From Gemmatimonadota bacterium (GTDB lineage: Bacteria > Gemmatimonadota > Gemmatimonadetes > Gemmatimonadales > GWC2-71-9): a stretch of 64,000 nucleotides of DNA. Positions 8,807 through 16,426 of the stretch are shown here, in pieces (position 1 is the stretch's first letter; each line of letters opens with the position of its first letter). Made by a program: the position numbers and the translations under genes. The stretch lies in contig JAYTTT010000185.1 of the NCBI GenBank assembly GCA_043744895.1, positions 60,563-124,562 of the forward strand, written 5' to 3'. The notes under the pieces were generated by a model. It was not told the origin of the DNA and ran no database searches. It saw only the letters and a list, made by a program, of their open reading frames with translations.

Positions 8807-9942
8807 GCGTATTCGACCAGTTGAGTCAGCTCGGCCACGAACAGGTCGTGCTGTGCTCCGACCCGGCGGCGGGCTATCGCGGAATCATCGCGATCCACTC
8901 GACCGCCCTCGGCCCGGCCGTCGGAGGAACCCGCTGGTGGACCTACCCTTCGGATGAAGCGGCCATAATCGACGCGCTCCGGCTTTCTCGCGGGATGTCG
9001 TTCAAGAACGCCCTTGCCGACCTGCCGTTAGGCGGCGGCAAGTCGGTCATCTTGGGAGGGCCAAGCGCTGTTGACCGGCCCGCGGTGCTCCGGGCGCACG
9101 GCCGGTTCATCGAGCGGCTCCACGGCCTCTACATTGCCGCCGAAGACGTGGGCACCTCGCCGGCCGACATGGAGTTCATCGCCGAAACCACCCAGCATGT
9201 CGCCGGCCGGGCCGGCATCTCAGGCGATCCATCGCCCCATACCGCCCGCGGCGTCTTCCGCGCCATGCAGGCGGGCGCCAAGGTGAAGTGGGGCTCGGAT
9301 CAGTTGGTGGGGAAAATTGTGGCGCTCCAGGGCTGCGGCAACGTCGGCTACCATCTGGCCGGACAACTTCATCGAGCCGGTGCTCACCTGATTGCCAGCG
9401 ACATCGATCCCGACAAAGTGGCCCGAGTCGTGGCCGAGTTCGGAGCGGCGGAAGCGCCCGTCGGCCGAATCCACGCCGTCCTCGCCGACATCTTCGCGCC
9501 GTGCGCCCTCGGCGCCATCATCAACGACGCCTCGTTACCAGATCTGACCGTCGGCCTCATCTGCGGCGGCGCCAACAACCAACTCCTCGAGCCCCGCCAC
9601 GGCGCCGCCCTAGCCGCCCGGAAGATCGTCTACGTGCCCGACTACGTCGCCAACGCCGGCGGCGTCCTCTTCGGCGGCTCGATCGAAGTGCTCAAGCTCA
9701 CGATCCCCGCCACCCTCACCCGAATCGACGCAATCTACGACACCACCCTGATGGTTCTCGACCGAGCCGCTACGGAAGGAATCCCCCCCTCCGAAGCCGC
9801 CGACCGCCTCGCCCAAGAAAAAATCCAATCCCCCCACCCCCCCCCGAGTGCCGAGCGCCGAGCCCCTCAGTTCCCTCCCTTAGATCCAGTTCCCGAAGCC
9901 AACGCCAACAACTGCCGCTGCGTCACCCCTCGCTTCAGATAG
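8803..9942 (+). CDS. Leu/Val/Phe dehydrogenase (Glu/Leu/Phe/Val dehydrogenase family)
   Basis: GGTRWW...LSRGMSFKNALADLPLGGGKSVILG (catalytic Lys region) and the Rossmann motif LQGCGNVGYHLA. ATGA coupling to the M61 stop. The last roughly 40 aa (SPHPPPSAERRAPQFPPLDPVPEANANNCRCVTPRFR) look non-native and run through a repeat element and antisense to the S41 gene. Confidence 0.85.
   Translation: MSVFDQLSQLGHEQVVLCSDPAAGYRGIIAIHSTALGPAVGGTRWWTYPSDEAAIIDALRLSRGMSFKNALADLPLGGGKSVILGGPSAVDRPAVLRAHGRFIERLHGLYIAAEDVGTSPADMEFIAETTQHVAGRAGISGDPSPHTARGVFRAMQAGAKVKWGSDQLVGKIVALQGCGNVGYHLAGQLHRAGAHLIASDIDPDKVARVVAEFGAAEAPVGRIHAVLADIFAPCALGAIINDASLPDLTVGLICGGANNQLLEPRHGAALAARKIVYVPDYVANAGGVLFGGSIEVLKLTIPATLTRIDAIYDTTLMVLDRAATEGIPPSEAADRLAQEKIQSPHPPPSAERRAPQFPPLDPVPEANANNCRCVTPRFR
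9845..9866 (+). repeat. GYGCCGAG short tandem repeat element, copy 1 (short form)
   Basis: cgagtgccgagcgccgagcccc. It shares the GTGCCGAG/GCGCCGAGC/CCCC modules with the copies at 20779-20820 and 24435-24476. It lies just 3' of (abutting) the S41 stop codon (9867-9869) and inside the dehydrogenase tail. Confidence 0.6.
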
Positions 9943-11465
9943 TCGAGCGCCGTCGTGAGCTGCCGGTCGTACCGCACCGACCGCCGGAACGCCGCGGAGT
10001 CACCGAAGGCCAGCTTGGCGACCCATCCCTCGAGCGACCGGTCGATCAGTGGAAGGCCGGCATCGAACTGGGCCCGGGTCACGTTGACCTTGGACTGCTG
10101 AACCTTGCTCCACAGCGTCTCCCGCCACGCCGGCTGGACCACAAAATCCGGCTTGACGCTGTTCTTGAGTTGGAGACTGGTGTTGTAGAGCGCCACATAC
10201 CATTGCGAGTACTGGGGTCCGTACGCTCGGGCCAGATCGCGCTCCAGAGCGGGCAGGGTGTCGGGAGTCATGATGACGTCTGGCGTCACTCCGCCGCCGC
10301 CGAGAATCGTCCGGCCGCCGTCAGATTTGAACTCGGGCCGTTTCCGCTTGGTGGTGTCGGTGGCAGCCGGGCGTTCCCCATCGGCATACTCGACGAACCG
10401 CTCGTCGCCGAGCCGGTCGTGGTCGGCTTGGATCGAGCGGCCGCTCGGCGTATACCACTTGCCGGTCGTGATCTTCATGGCCCAGCCGCCATCGATCGGA
10501 AACAAGGTCTGGACCAGGCCTTTGCCGAACGAGGTCGTGCCGACGACCAGCCCTCGGTCGTGATCCTGGAGACTCCCGGCCACGATTTCCGAGGCCGACG
10601 CCGTCGAGCCGTCAACCAGTACCACGATGGGCACCGAGTCAATCACCGACAACCGGGACGCTCGATAAATCTCCGGCGTCCGGCCGCGGTGGCGGACGCT
10701 GGCGAGCTCCTGCCCCGGCTTGAAGAAGAGGTTGTTGATTTCGAGGGCCTGCTCGAGACTGCCGCCCCCGTTACCGCGGATATCGAGCACGTAGGCCTTG
10801 GCCCCTTTGCCCTTCAGGTCGAGGAGGGAGCGCTCCACGTCCTGGGCCGCCGATTCGTTGAAGCTCTGGAGCGGGATGTAGCCGACGCCACCATCGAGCA
10901 TGAGGGCGTACGGGACGGCGGGTACCCGGATGACCGCGCGCTTGAAGGATTGCTTGATCACTTCCGGAGCGCCGGCCCGTTGGAACGTCACCTTGACCTC
11001 CGTGCCAGGCGTACCCAAAAGCTTCTGGGAAACCTGCTCGAGCCGGAGCCCGGTGACGGCGGATGAATCGACGAAAAGAATCCGGTCACCGGCAATGACG
11101 CCGCCCTTTTCACCCGGCGTATTCGGGAAAATCCGGGCAACGATGATCGCCCCTTCTTGATTTTCGATCTGCATCCCGACGCCGCCGTAGTTGTTCCGGA
11201 GCGTGTTCCGCTGGAACGACGCCAGTTCCTCCGGCGAATACAGATCCGCATACGGGTCGTTGAGCTGCTTGACCAGACCGCGGGCGGCCCGTTCGAAAAT
11301 GGCTGCCCGGCTGATTGAATCGACCGCGTTCTCTTCGATCCGTTGCAAGACTTGGGAAAAAAGGCGGGCCCCGTCCTGCGGCTCTTTGCTTTGCTGCAGG
11401 AACGCGCCGGCCGCCAAAGGAAGAACAATCAAAGTCGCTGCAGAGAGCCAATACCGACGTCGCAT
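9867..11465 (-). CDS. S41 family C-terminal processing peptidase with PDZ domain
   Basis: Signal peptide MRRRYWLSAATLIVLPLAAGA. PDZ segment (FPNTPGEKGGVIAGDRILFVD). Catalytic region VVLVDGSTASASEIVAGSLQDHDRGLVVGTTSFGKG (Ser/Lys dyad context). Confidence 0.9.
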   Translation of the reverse strand: MRRRYWLSAATLIVLPLAAGAFLQQSKEPQDGARLFSQVLQRIEENAVDSISRAAIFERAARGLVKQLNDPYADLYSPEELASFQRNTLRNNYGGVGMQIENQEGAIIVARIFPNTPGEKGGVIAGDRILFVDSSAVTGLRLEQVSQKLLGTPGTEVKVTFQRAGAPEVIKQSFKRAVIRVPAVPYALMLDGGVGYIPLQSFNESAAQDVERSLLDLKGKGAKAYVLDIRGNGGGSLEQALEINNLFFKPGQELASVRHRGRTPEIYRASRLSVIDSVPIVVLVDGSTASASEIVAGSLQDHDRGLVVGTTSFGKGLVQTLFPIDGGWAMKITTGKWYTPSGRSIQADHDRLGDERFVEYADGERPAATDTTKRKRPEFKSDGGRTILGGGGVTPDVIMTPDTLPALERDLARAYGPQYSQWYVALYNTSLQLKNSVKPDFVVQPAWRETLWSKVQQSKVNVTRAQFDAGLPLIDRSLEGWVAKLAFGDSAAFRRSVRYDRQLTTALDYLKRGVTQRQLLALASGTGSKGGN

Positions 11466-11595
11466 TTTCGAGATTCCCCGTTGGGCACGAAAGGGGCCCC
11501 AAGTCGGAGCCCCCGCTGTATTGATGGACCTGCAGGGTTCAAGCCACCCCGACAGCCCCTCATATAGCTAACTCGCCCGGCCGGGAATCGCCATC

Positions 11596-12390
11596 TTAGC
11601 GGTTCGGCTTGGTCAGAATGTCCTCGAACAATGCCAAGGCCCTGGGGTCATCCGATTGCCCCAGCCAGAACATTGCCTTCTTCCGGATCTCGCGATCCCG
11701 GTTGGTGGTGGCCACCCGAATAAGAACCGGCACCCCACGCTCCTCCGGCAACTGGGACAGGGCAAAAACCGCTTGCTCGCGAACCTCCCGGTCCTCGTTC
11801 TCGTCAGTGGCGAGGTCACTCAGGCCCTCGGCCGCCTTCTCGCCGGCCGCCTGGCTGACCCAAAAGACCGCTTGTTTCCTAGTAGACCGGGGGGCGGACT
11901 TGTCCCGGGCCAGCGACAAGAACGCCGGCCACACGATGACACTGTCCGCCAGGGTCAGCGGAAACAGGACATCGTCCGACGAAGACCCACTCTGCCGGGC
12001 CAAGTCGATGAACGCCGTCAGGGCCGCGCTCGTGCCAACTAATCCGAGATCGGTGCTGGCCAGGCGGTTGCTCCAACCCCCGCCGACATAGGCCTGGGCT
12101 GAGCGAACCAGGCCGCCCCTGACCTTGAGGGCCACCCGGACCGGGCCCTCTTCGCAGGGCCGGTTCCGCCAGCTTCGGTCATTGCCGTTCCAGTTCCGCA
12201 TCGTGATGAACCCGTCGCGATTTCGGTCCCGGATGAAGGTTTCGCCGTCGCCGCAGATCCCCTCCCGGGCCGCGAAAGCAACCCGGACCTCACCGTCCGC
12301 GGCGCCGCTGATCCGGCCGGTCAAAGTCTGGGCTTCGGCCATCGCCGGGAGCACCAGCAATAGTGTCGCAACCTGCTCGATGATTCGCAT
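11596..12390 (-). CDS. secreted HEAT-repeat protein (paralog of the C-terminus of the upstream gene)
   Basis: ORF 11596..12720 trimmed to ATG 12390 (MRIIEQVATLLLVLPAMAEAQT signal peptide) with a GAGGAG Shine-Dalgarno upstream. C-terminal repeats of the type REVREQAVFALSQL / REIRKKAMFWLGQSDDPRA. Confidence 0.7.
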   Translation of the reverse strand: MRIIEQVATLLLVLPAMAEAQTLTGRISGAADGEVRVAFAAREGICGDGETFIRDRNRDGFITMRNWNGNDRSWRNRPCEEGPVRVALKVRGGLVRSAQAYVGGGWSNRLASTDLGLVGTSAALTAFIDLARQSGSSSDDVLFPLTLADSVIVWPAFLSLARDKSAPRSTRKQAVFWVSQAAGEKAAEGLSDLATDENEDREVREQAVFALSQLPEERGVPVLIRVATTNRDREIRKKAMFWLGQSDDPRALALFEDILTKPNR

Positions 12391-12401
12391 GGTCGGACTC
12401 C

Positions 12402-13874
12402 TCACGGTTTCGACAGAATCTCTTCGAGCACTTCGACGACGCGAGGATCCTTCGACTGAGACAGCCAGAACAACGCCTTCTTCCGGAGCTCCCGGTCCTT
12501 TTCGGTCTTCGCAATCGACACCAACTTGTCGACGGCGGCCTTCTCGTGGCGCTGGGAGTAGACGAAGATCAGCTGGTCTCTCATCTCCCGGTCGGTGAAC
12601 CGATCGTAGAGGCCGAAGAGCTCGGGCAACGACGAACCGCCCGATTGTCCCAGCCAAAAGAGCGCCTTCTTCCGAATCTCGATATCCTCGCCTTGGTTGC
12701 CGGCGACGTCGACGAGCCACTGCTTGGCCTCCCGCCCGCCGCCCTGCGACACTGAGAAGATGATCTTGTCCTTGAGTTCCTCGTCATCGACCGTCTGATA
12801 GATGCTCTTGAGCCAGCTGACGTTTTCACTCCCCTTCGACTGGCCGATCCAGAAGATCGCATTCTGGCGGAGTTCCGACGGCGCCGACTTTTTCATGGCG
12901 AAGTCGCGCAATGATTGCATGGCCTTCGTCGAGCCTTGCTGAGAGAGCGCGAAGATCGCTTTCTCCTGAACCTCGGCATCGGTAGACGACCGGAGAATCG
13001 AGTCCAATGCTGCGGCCGCATGTTCGCCGCCGGACTGCCCCAGCCAGAACACCGCCTGCTGCCGGACCTCGCCGTCGGGGTCTTGGCGCACCGCCGAGAG
13101 CAACATCGACTCCGCGTCGGCGCCGCTGTGTTGCGAAATCAGGAACACCGCCTTTCGGCGAAGACAGATCGAGGTCTCGTCTCGTCGGGCCATGACCTTC
13201 TTGAGAATCGGCAACGCTCGGTCTTCATCCATCTGGAGGAGCGCGTTGAGCGCCGCCATCTTGTCGTCGTCGTCGTCGCTGCATTCGTTTCGCCCATGGC
13301 CGGCTGACGCCGGTCTGGGGGGACGAGCGGCGCGAGGCGCTCGGGCGCGCTCTGGCGCGGCCGCGTCTGCCGCCGCCTCCGCCATCGCGACCACTTCGGC
13401 CGTTGCCCTCGCATCGCCCCCTCGAGCCAGACGGGTATTGATCCGCGCAATCAAATCCTGGGCATCGTCTTGGGTCTTGGCATCGGGGAATGATTGGCGC
13501 TGCTTGGCCAAGAGCTCCCGGGCCCGGTCGAGATTGTCGGCCGACCCGTTCAAATACCGAGCATACGCCTCCCAGTAATATGCGTCCGCCGTGTAGGCCG
13601 ACTTTGGGTGGCGCGAGTAGATCTGCGAAAAGAGGTATGCCGCCTGGGTGTAGCTTCGCCGGTTGAGGGCGCTTCGCGCCGCCCGATAGAGCGAGTCAGC
13701 GGGGTCGTCGGCGTTCCACCCTTGAGGGGGAGCCGCCGTGGCCCGGTGGGCGATGACCTGGCTTCGATCGGTCAGCGCATCGACCCGGTATTGGAGTTCT
13801 CGGCTCCGTTGCTGCCCGCAGACTGGGCCGGCCAGCGCCGCCATCAAGACCGCCGTCACCGTTGGGAATCGCAT
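12402..13874 (-). CDS. secreted TPR-like plus HEAT-repeat protein
   Basis: Signal peptide MRFPTVTAVLMAALAGPVCGQQ. N-terminal YbgF/BamD-like TPR region. An Ala/Arg-rich linker followed by CSDDDDDK. Then about 9 HEAT-like units with the recurring (E/D)xR(Q/K)xA(V/I/L)FW(L/I)(G/S)QS motif. AGGAGG Shine-Dalgarno before ATG 13874. Confidence 0.75.
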   Translation of the reverse strand: MRFPTVTAVLMAALAGPVCGQQRSRELQYRVDALTDRSQVIAHRATAAPPQGWNADDPADSLYRAARSALNRRSYTQAAYLFSQIYSRHPKSAYTADAYYWEAYARYLNGSADNLDRARELLAKQRQSFPDAKTQDDAQDLIARINTRLARGGDARATAEVVAMAEAAADAAAPERARAPRAARPPRPASAGHGRNECSDDDDDKMAALNALLQMDEDRALPILKKVMARRDETSICLRRKAVFLISQHSGADAESMLLSAVRQDPDGEVRQQAVFWLGQSGGEHAAAALDSILRSSTDAEVQEKAIFALSQQGSTKAMQSLRDFAMKKSAPSELRQNAIFWIGQSKGSENVSWLKSIYQTVDDEELKDKIIFSVSQGGGREAKQWLVDVAGNQGEDIEIRKKALFWLGQSGGSSLPELFGLYDRFTDREMRDQLIFVYSQRHEKAAVDKLVSIAKTEKDRELRKKALFWLSQSKDPRVVEVLEEILSKP

Positions 13875-13898
13875 TCCTATCCTCCTTTGATCTATGTG

Positions 13899-14507
13899 TT
13901 AGGCGGTCGGCCCGGCCGGGATCGCATCCCGAAGCCGGAGCCGAATCGCTCGTTCGGCCATGTTGTCATCGATCAGAGCTCGCTCATCCGCCTGGCCATT
14001 GGGGGCGGGAGCGAGGCGAGTCACCTGCACCAGCAACAGTTCGAGATCTTCGAGCAGCGCCCGGGTCGATGGATCGGACAAGCGCTGGGCACCCAGCAAC
14101 ATTCGGGTTCGGGCCAGCAACTCCCGGGCATCCGCGTGGAAGTCACCGTCGATCCGGCCGGTCTCGTAGTCGGTCAAGAGGGCGTTGACCTGCCCGAAAT
14201 GCTCCCGGGCGGCGAACCGGACCATGTTGTTGGCCCGGGCCGCGTCTGCCACAGGGTCGGATTCGGTCTTCGGGGTCGTGGTCGTCAACCGGCCAATCCC
14301 GATCCCGATCAGAAGCGTCGCCGCCAGGGCGACCAACGGACCGACCCAGAGTAACCGCCGCCGAGAGGCTAAATCGATGACCGAGCCGCGGGAGCCTACT
14401 CGTCCGGCCTCGATTCGGGCCCAGATCTCGTCCTTCGGGGTCGGTGGCGGGGTCCGGTACCCCTTGGCGGCCTCTTCCAGGAACTCTTCGAACTTGTCGT
14501 CGGTCAT
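13899..14507 (-). CDS. anti-sigma factor (single-pass membrane protein)
   Basis: Immediately downstream of the ECF sigma gene. ATG 14507 forms an ATGA junction with the sigma stop; the ORF track's alternative start is 14519. One TM helix, LLWVGPLVALAATLLIGIGIG, between a short cytoplasmic N-domain and a periplasmic helical domain. Confidence 0.6.
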   Translation of the reverse strand: MTDDKFEEFLEEAAKGYRTPPPTPKDEIWARIEAGRVGSRGSVIDLASRRRLLWVGPLVALAATLLIGIGIGRLTTTTPKTESDPVADAARANNMVRFAAREHFGQVNALLTDYETGRIDGDFHADARELLARTRMLLGAQRLSDPSTRALLEDLELLLVQVTRLAPAPNGQADERALIDDNMAERAIRLRLRDAIPAGPTA

Positions 14508-15052
14508 TGAGTGATCCATTCTCCGGCAAACGCCGCCAGGACCTTCCGTAGCTTGGCCCGCGCCCGGCTCAACTGAGCCTTCGAGGTGCCTTCCTGAATC
14601 CCCAGTGACGTGGCGATCTCGTCATGGGTGTACCCCTCGACATCGTGCATGACGAACACCGTCCGATACCCATCTGGGAGGCCGTCGATAGCCCGTTGGA
14701 GGCTGACTTTGAGATCAGGCTCAGCCATCCCACCGGTCTTGGCCGGAGTCCACTCTGCTACTCCTAAGTCGACCTCGGTTGCTCTGGACCGTTTAACCCG
14801 CCGCAAGCCGTTGTAAATCACTGAGTAAGCGACGCTGGTGATCCAGGTGGACAGGGCCGCTTCACCCCGGAATGTGGCCAGCTTACCGAAGACTTTGATG
14901 AACGTCTCCTGGGTACAGTCCGTGGCTAGGTCACCATCGCCCGTGAGGCGATAGGCCAGGCGGTACACACGGTCTACGTGCTGATCGTAGAGTTCGCGCT
15001 CGGCCTGCGGATCGCCGGCCAAGACTCGGCCAACTAGGGCGGAAACGGTCAC
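14504..15052 (-). CDS. RNA polymerase ECF-type sigma-70 factor
   Basis: 182 aa. Region 2 (YDQHVDRVYRLAYRLTGDGDLATDCTQETFIKVF) and region 4 HTH (YRTVFVMHDVEGYTHDEIATSLGIQEGTSKAQLSRARAKLR). GTG start at 15052. Confidence 0.9.
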   Translation of the reverse strand: MTVSALVGRVLAGDPQAERELYDQHVDRVYRLAYRLTGDGDLATDCTQETFIKVFGKLATFRGEAALSTWITSVAYSVIYNGLRRVKRSRATEVDLGVAEWTPAKTGGMAEPDLKVSLQRAIDGLPDGYRTVFVMHDVEGYTHDEIATSLGIQEGTSKAQLSRARAKLRKVLAAFAGEWITQ

Positions 15053-15081
15053 CGGGCTCCGGATCTTTGCGTTGACTGGTT

Positions 15082-15109
15082 CTTACGGCCTTGTGACAAC
15101 CTCGGTTCC
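15082..15109 (-). promoter_or_regulatory. candidate ECF-type promoter (GGAAC-N17-CGTAA) for the sigma/anti-sigma/HEAT operon
   Basis: The minus strand reads GGGAACCGAGGTTGTCACAAGGCCGTAAG. GGAAC at 15108..15104 and CGTAAG at 15087..15082 match the generic ECF -35 GGAAC / -10 CGT spacing. The element sits about 30-55 nt upstream of the GTG start. Pattern match only. Confidence 0.35.
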
Positions 15110-15228
15110 CAAATGGTTGCTCTCGCGGTCGTGCGTCGCCAATAGACTGCGACAGCAGCTCCGTAGCGGAACACAGTTTGGCTCGATGGAATAGCTGCAT
15201 TGTGTTGATATATAACGTACATATGATA

Positions 15229-15256
15229 TTGACTGAATGAACGATTCAGTTATTAT
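15229..15256 (+). promoter_or_regulatory. sigma-70-type promoter TTGACT-N16-TATTAT with embedded 19-bp palindromic operator
   Basis: TTGACT (15229-15234), 16-nt spacer, TATTAT (15251-15256). The perfect 7-bp-arm palindrome ACTGAAT-gaacg-ATTCAGT (15232-15250) fills the spacer. ATG 15264 lies 7-8 nt after the -10 element, implying a leaderless TetR mRNA. This is the only strongly AT-rich patch in the region. Confidence 0.6.
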
Positions 15257-15263
15257 ACATTGC

Positions 15264-15995
15264 ATGGCCCGTGGACGAGACCCCACCAGGATCGATGACA
15301 TCGCTGCGGCGGCAACTGAGGCGTTCATCGAATTTGGGTATTTTCGAGCCAAGGTCCATCAGATCGCCGATCGGGCCAAGGTCGGTCCGGGAACGGTCTA
15401 TCTCTACGCTCAGGACAAGGAAAGCCTCTTTGAGCTGGCGTTGCTCCGGGCCTTGGAGAGCCCCTTGGCCGCCAACCCCATTCTGCCCTACCGGCGAACC
15501 CACCCCCGATCTCGGCGCCAGCTGATCGAAGACTGCCTTCGGGAGGTAGCCCAATTCCCCCAGCTCTGGGTGGCTGGCCAGCGTCGCAATATCACTGAAT
15601 CAATTCAGGAGTACCATGGCATACTACTTGAGTTGTGCGCCTGGATGCGCCGCTACCGATCGCTCATCCTATTGACCGAACGGAACCGGGTCGATTGGCC
15701 GGATCTCGCGGAATTGTTCCATCAAGTCATCTGGTCCGATCTCCATCACCGGCTGACGGCTTACCTCGCCACCCGGATGAGGACCGGCCACCTGACGGCC
15801 GTTGGTGACCCCGCCGCCGTGGCGCGCCACACCCTTGATGCCCTCGTGGCAACGCTGGTCCTTGGCCCCCTAGCCCCAAAAATCGGTACCCAAGAGGACG
15901 AGCTGATCGTCCGGTTGGTGTCTGCCGCGGTCGTGGTGGGGTCCGGGGACGCCTCAGGCCTCCCGACCCATCTCGACGATCGGCCGGTCCGATAG
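15264..15995 (+). CDS. TetR/AcrR family transcriptional regulator
   Basis: N-terminal HTH RIDDIAAAATEAFIEFGYFRAKVHQIADRAKVGPGTVYLYAQDKESLF. Start moved from 15237 to ATG 15264 because 15237 lies inside the operator palindrome and promoter. Confidence 0.85.
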   Translation: MARGRDPTRIDDIAAAATEAFIEFGYFRAKVHQIADRAKVGPGTVYLYAQDKESLFELALLRALESPLAANPILPYRRTHPRSRRQLIEDCLREVAQFPQLWVAGQRRNITESIQEYHGILLELCAWMRRYRSLILLTERNRVDWPDLAELFHQVIWSDLHHRLTAYLATRMRTGHLTAVGDPAAVARHTLDALVATLVLGPLAPKIGTQEDELIVRLVSAAVVVGSGDASGLPTHLDDRPVR

Positions 15996-15996
15996 T

Positions 15997-16290
15997 CTAC
16001 TCGTCGCCCTGTTCGAGGTGAAAGCGATGAAGTACGGCATGCACGACCGGCCCGAGCATGGTCCCGGCCACCGCAATGAAGACCAATCCCGCGAACAAGG
16101 CATAACCGCCCGCGAGCCACTTGCCGGCGGTGGTTTGCAACCGGTCAACTGGCCCCATTCCGCCGAGTAGCATCGCCGCGTTTAGAAACGCGTCGGCCCA
16201 GCTCAATCCCTCGACCCCCCGGTAGATGGCCATCCCGAGGCCAAGCGTCAGGATCACTAACGGAAGCAGCGGTGCTGCTCGGAGAACCAT
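15997..16290 (-). CDS. small 2-TM ion-channel-like membrane protein (pore-loop architecture, degenerate filter)
   Basis: TM1 (LLPLVILTLGLGMAIY), then the pore-helix-like LSWADAFLNAAMLLGGMGPV, then TM2 (GGYALFAGLVFIAVAGTML). This mirrors the K+ channel pore-domain layout, with LGGMGP in place of TVGYGD. The start is uncertain (16290 ATG vs 16350). Confidence 0.45.
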   Translation of the reverse strand: MVLRAAPLLPLVILTLGLGMAIYRGVEGLSWADAFLNAAMLLGGMGPVDRLQTTAGKWLAGGYALFAGLVFIAVAGTMLGPVVHAVLHRFHLEQGDE

Positions 16291-16426
16291 GTGGTGGGTG
16301 ACACCCCATGGGTGGCTGGGTGGCTGGGGCAACTTATGGCGGGTGGCCACGGTGGTCTCTCGGAAGTGGGGGCGGCTAGGTTAGCCATCCGAGGCCCGCC
16401 CCGCCAGATCGTCTGTCGTCAACGGG

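Noticed and set aside
9288-11066. 592-aa plus-strand ORF, the longest unannotated ORF in the track
   Set aside because: It runs antisense to the well-supported S41 peptidase gene. Its sequence is Arg/Pro/Gly-dominated (RRPNPRRPRRHLRAVRPRRHH...) with no motif. This is the typical high-GC shadow frame.
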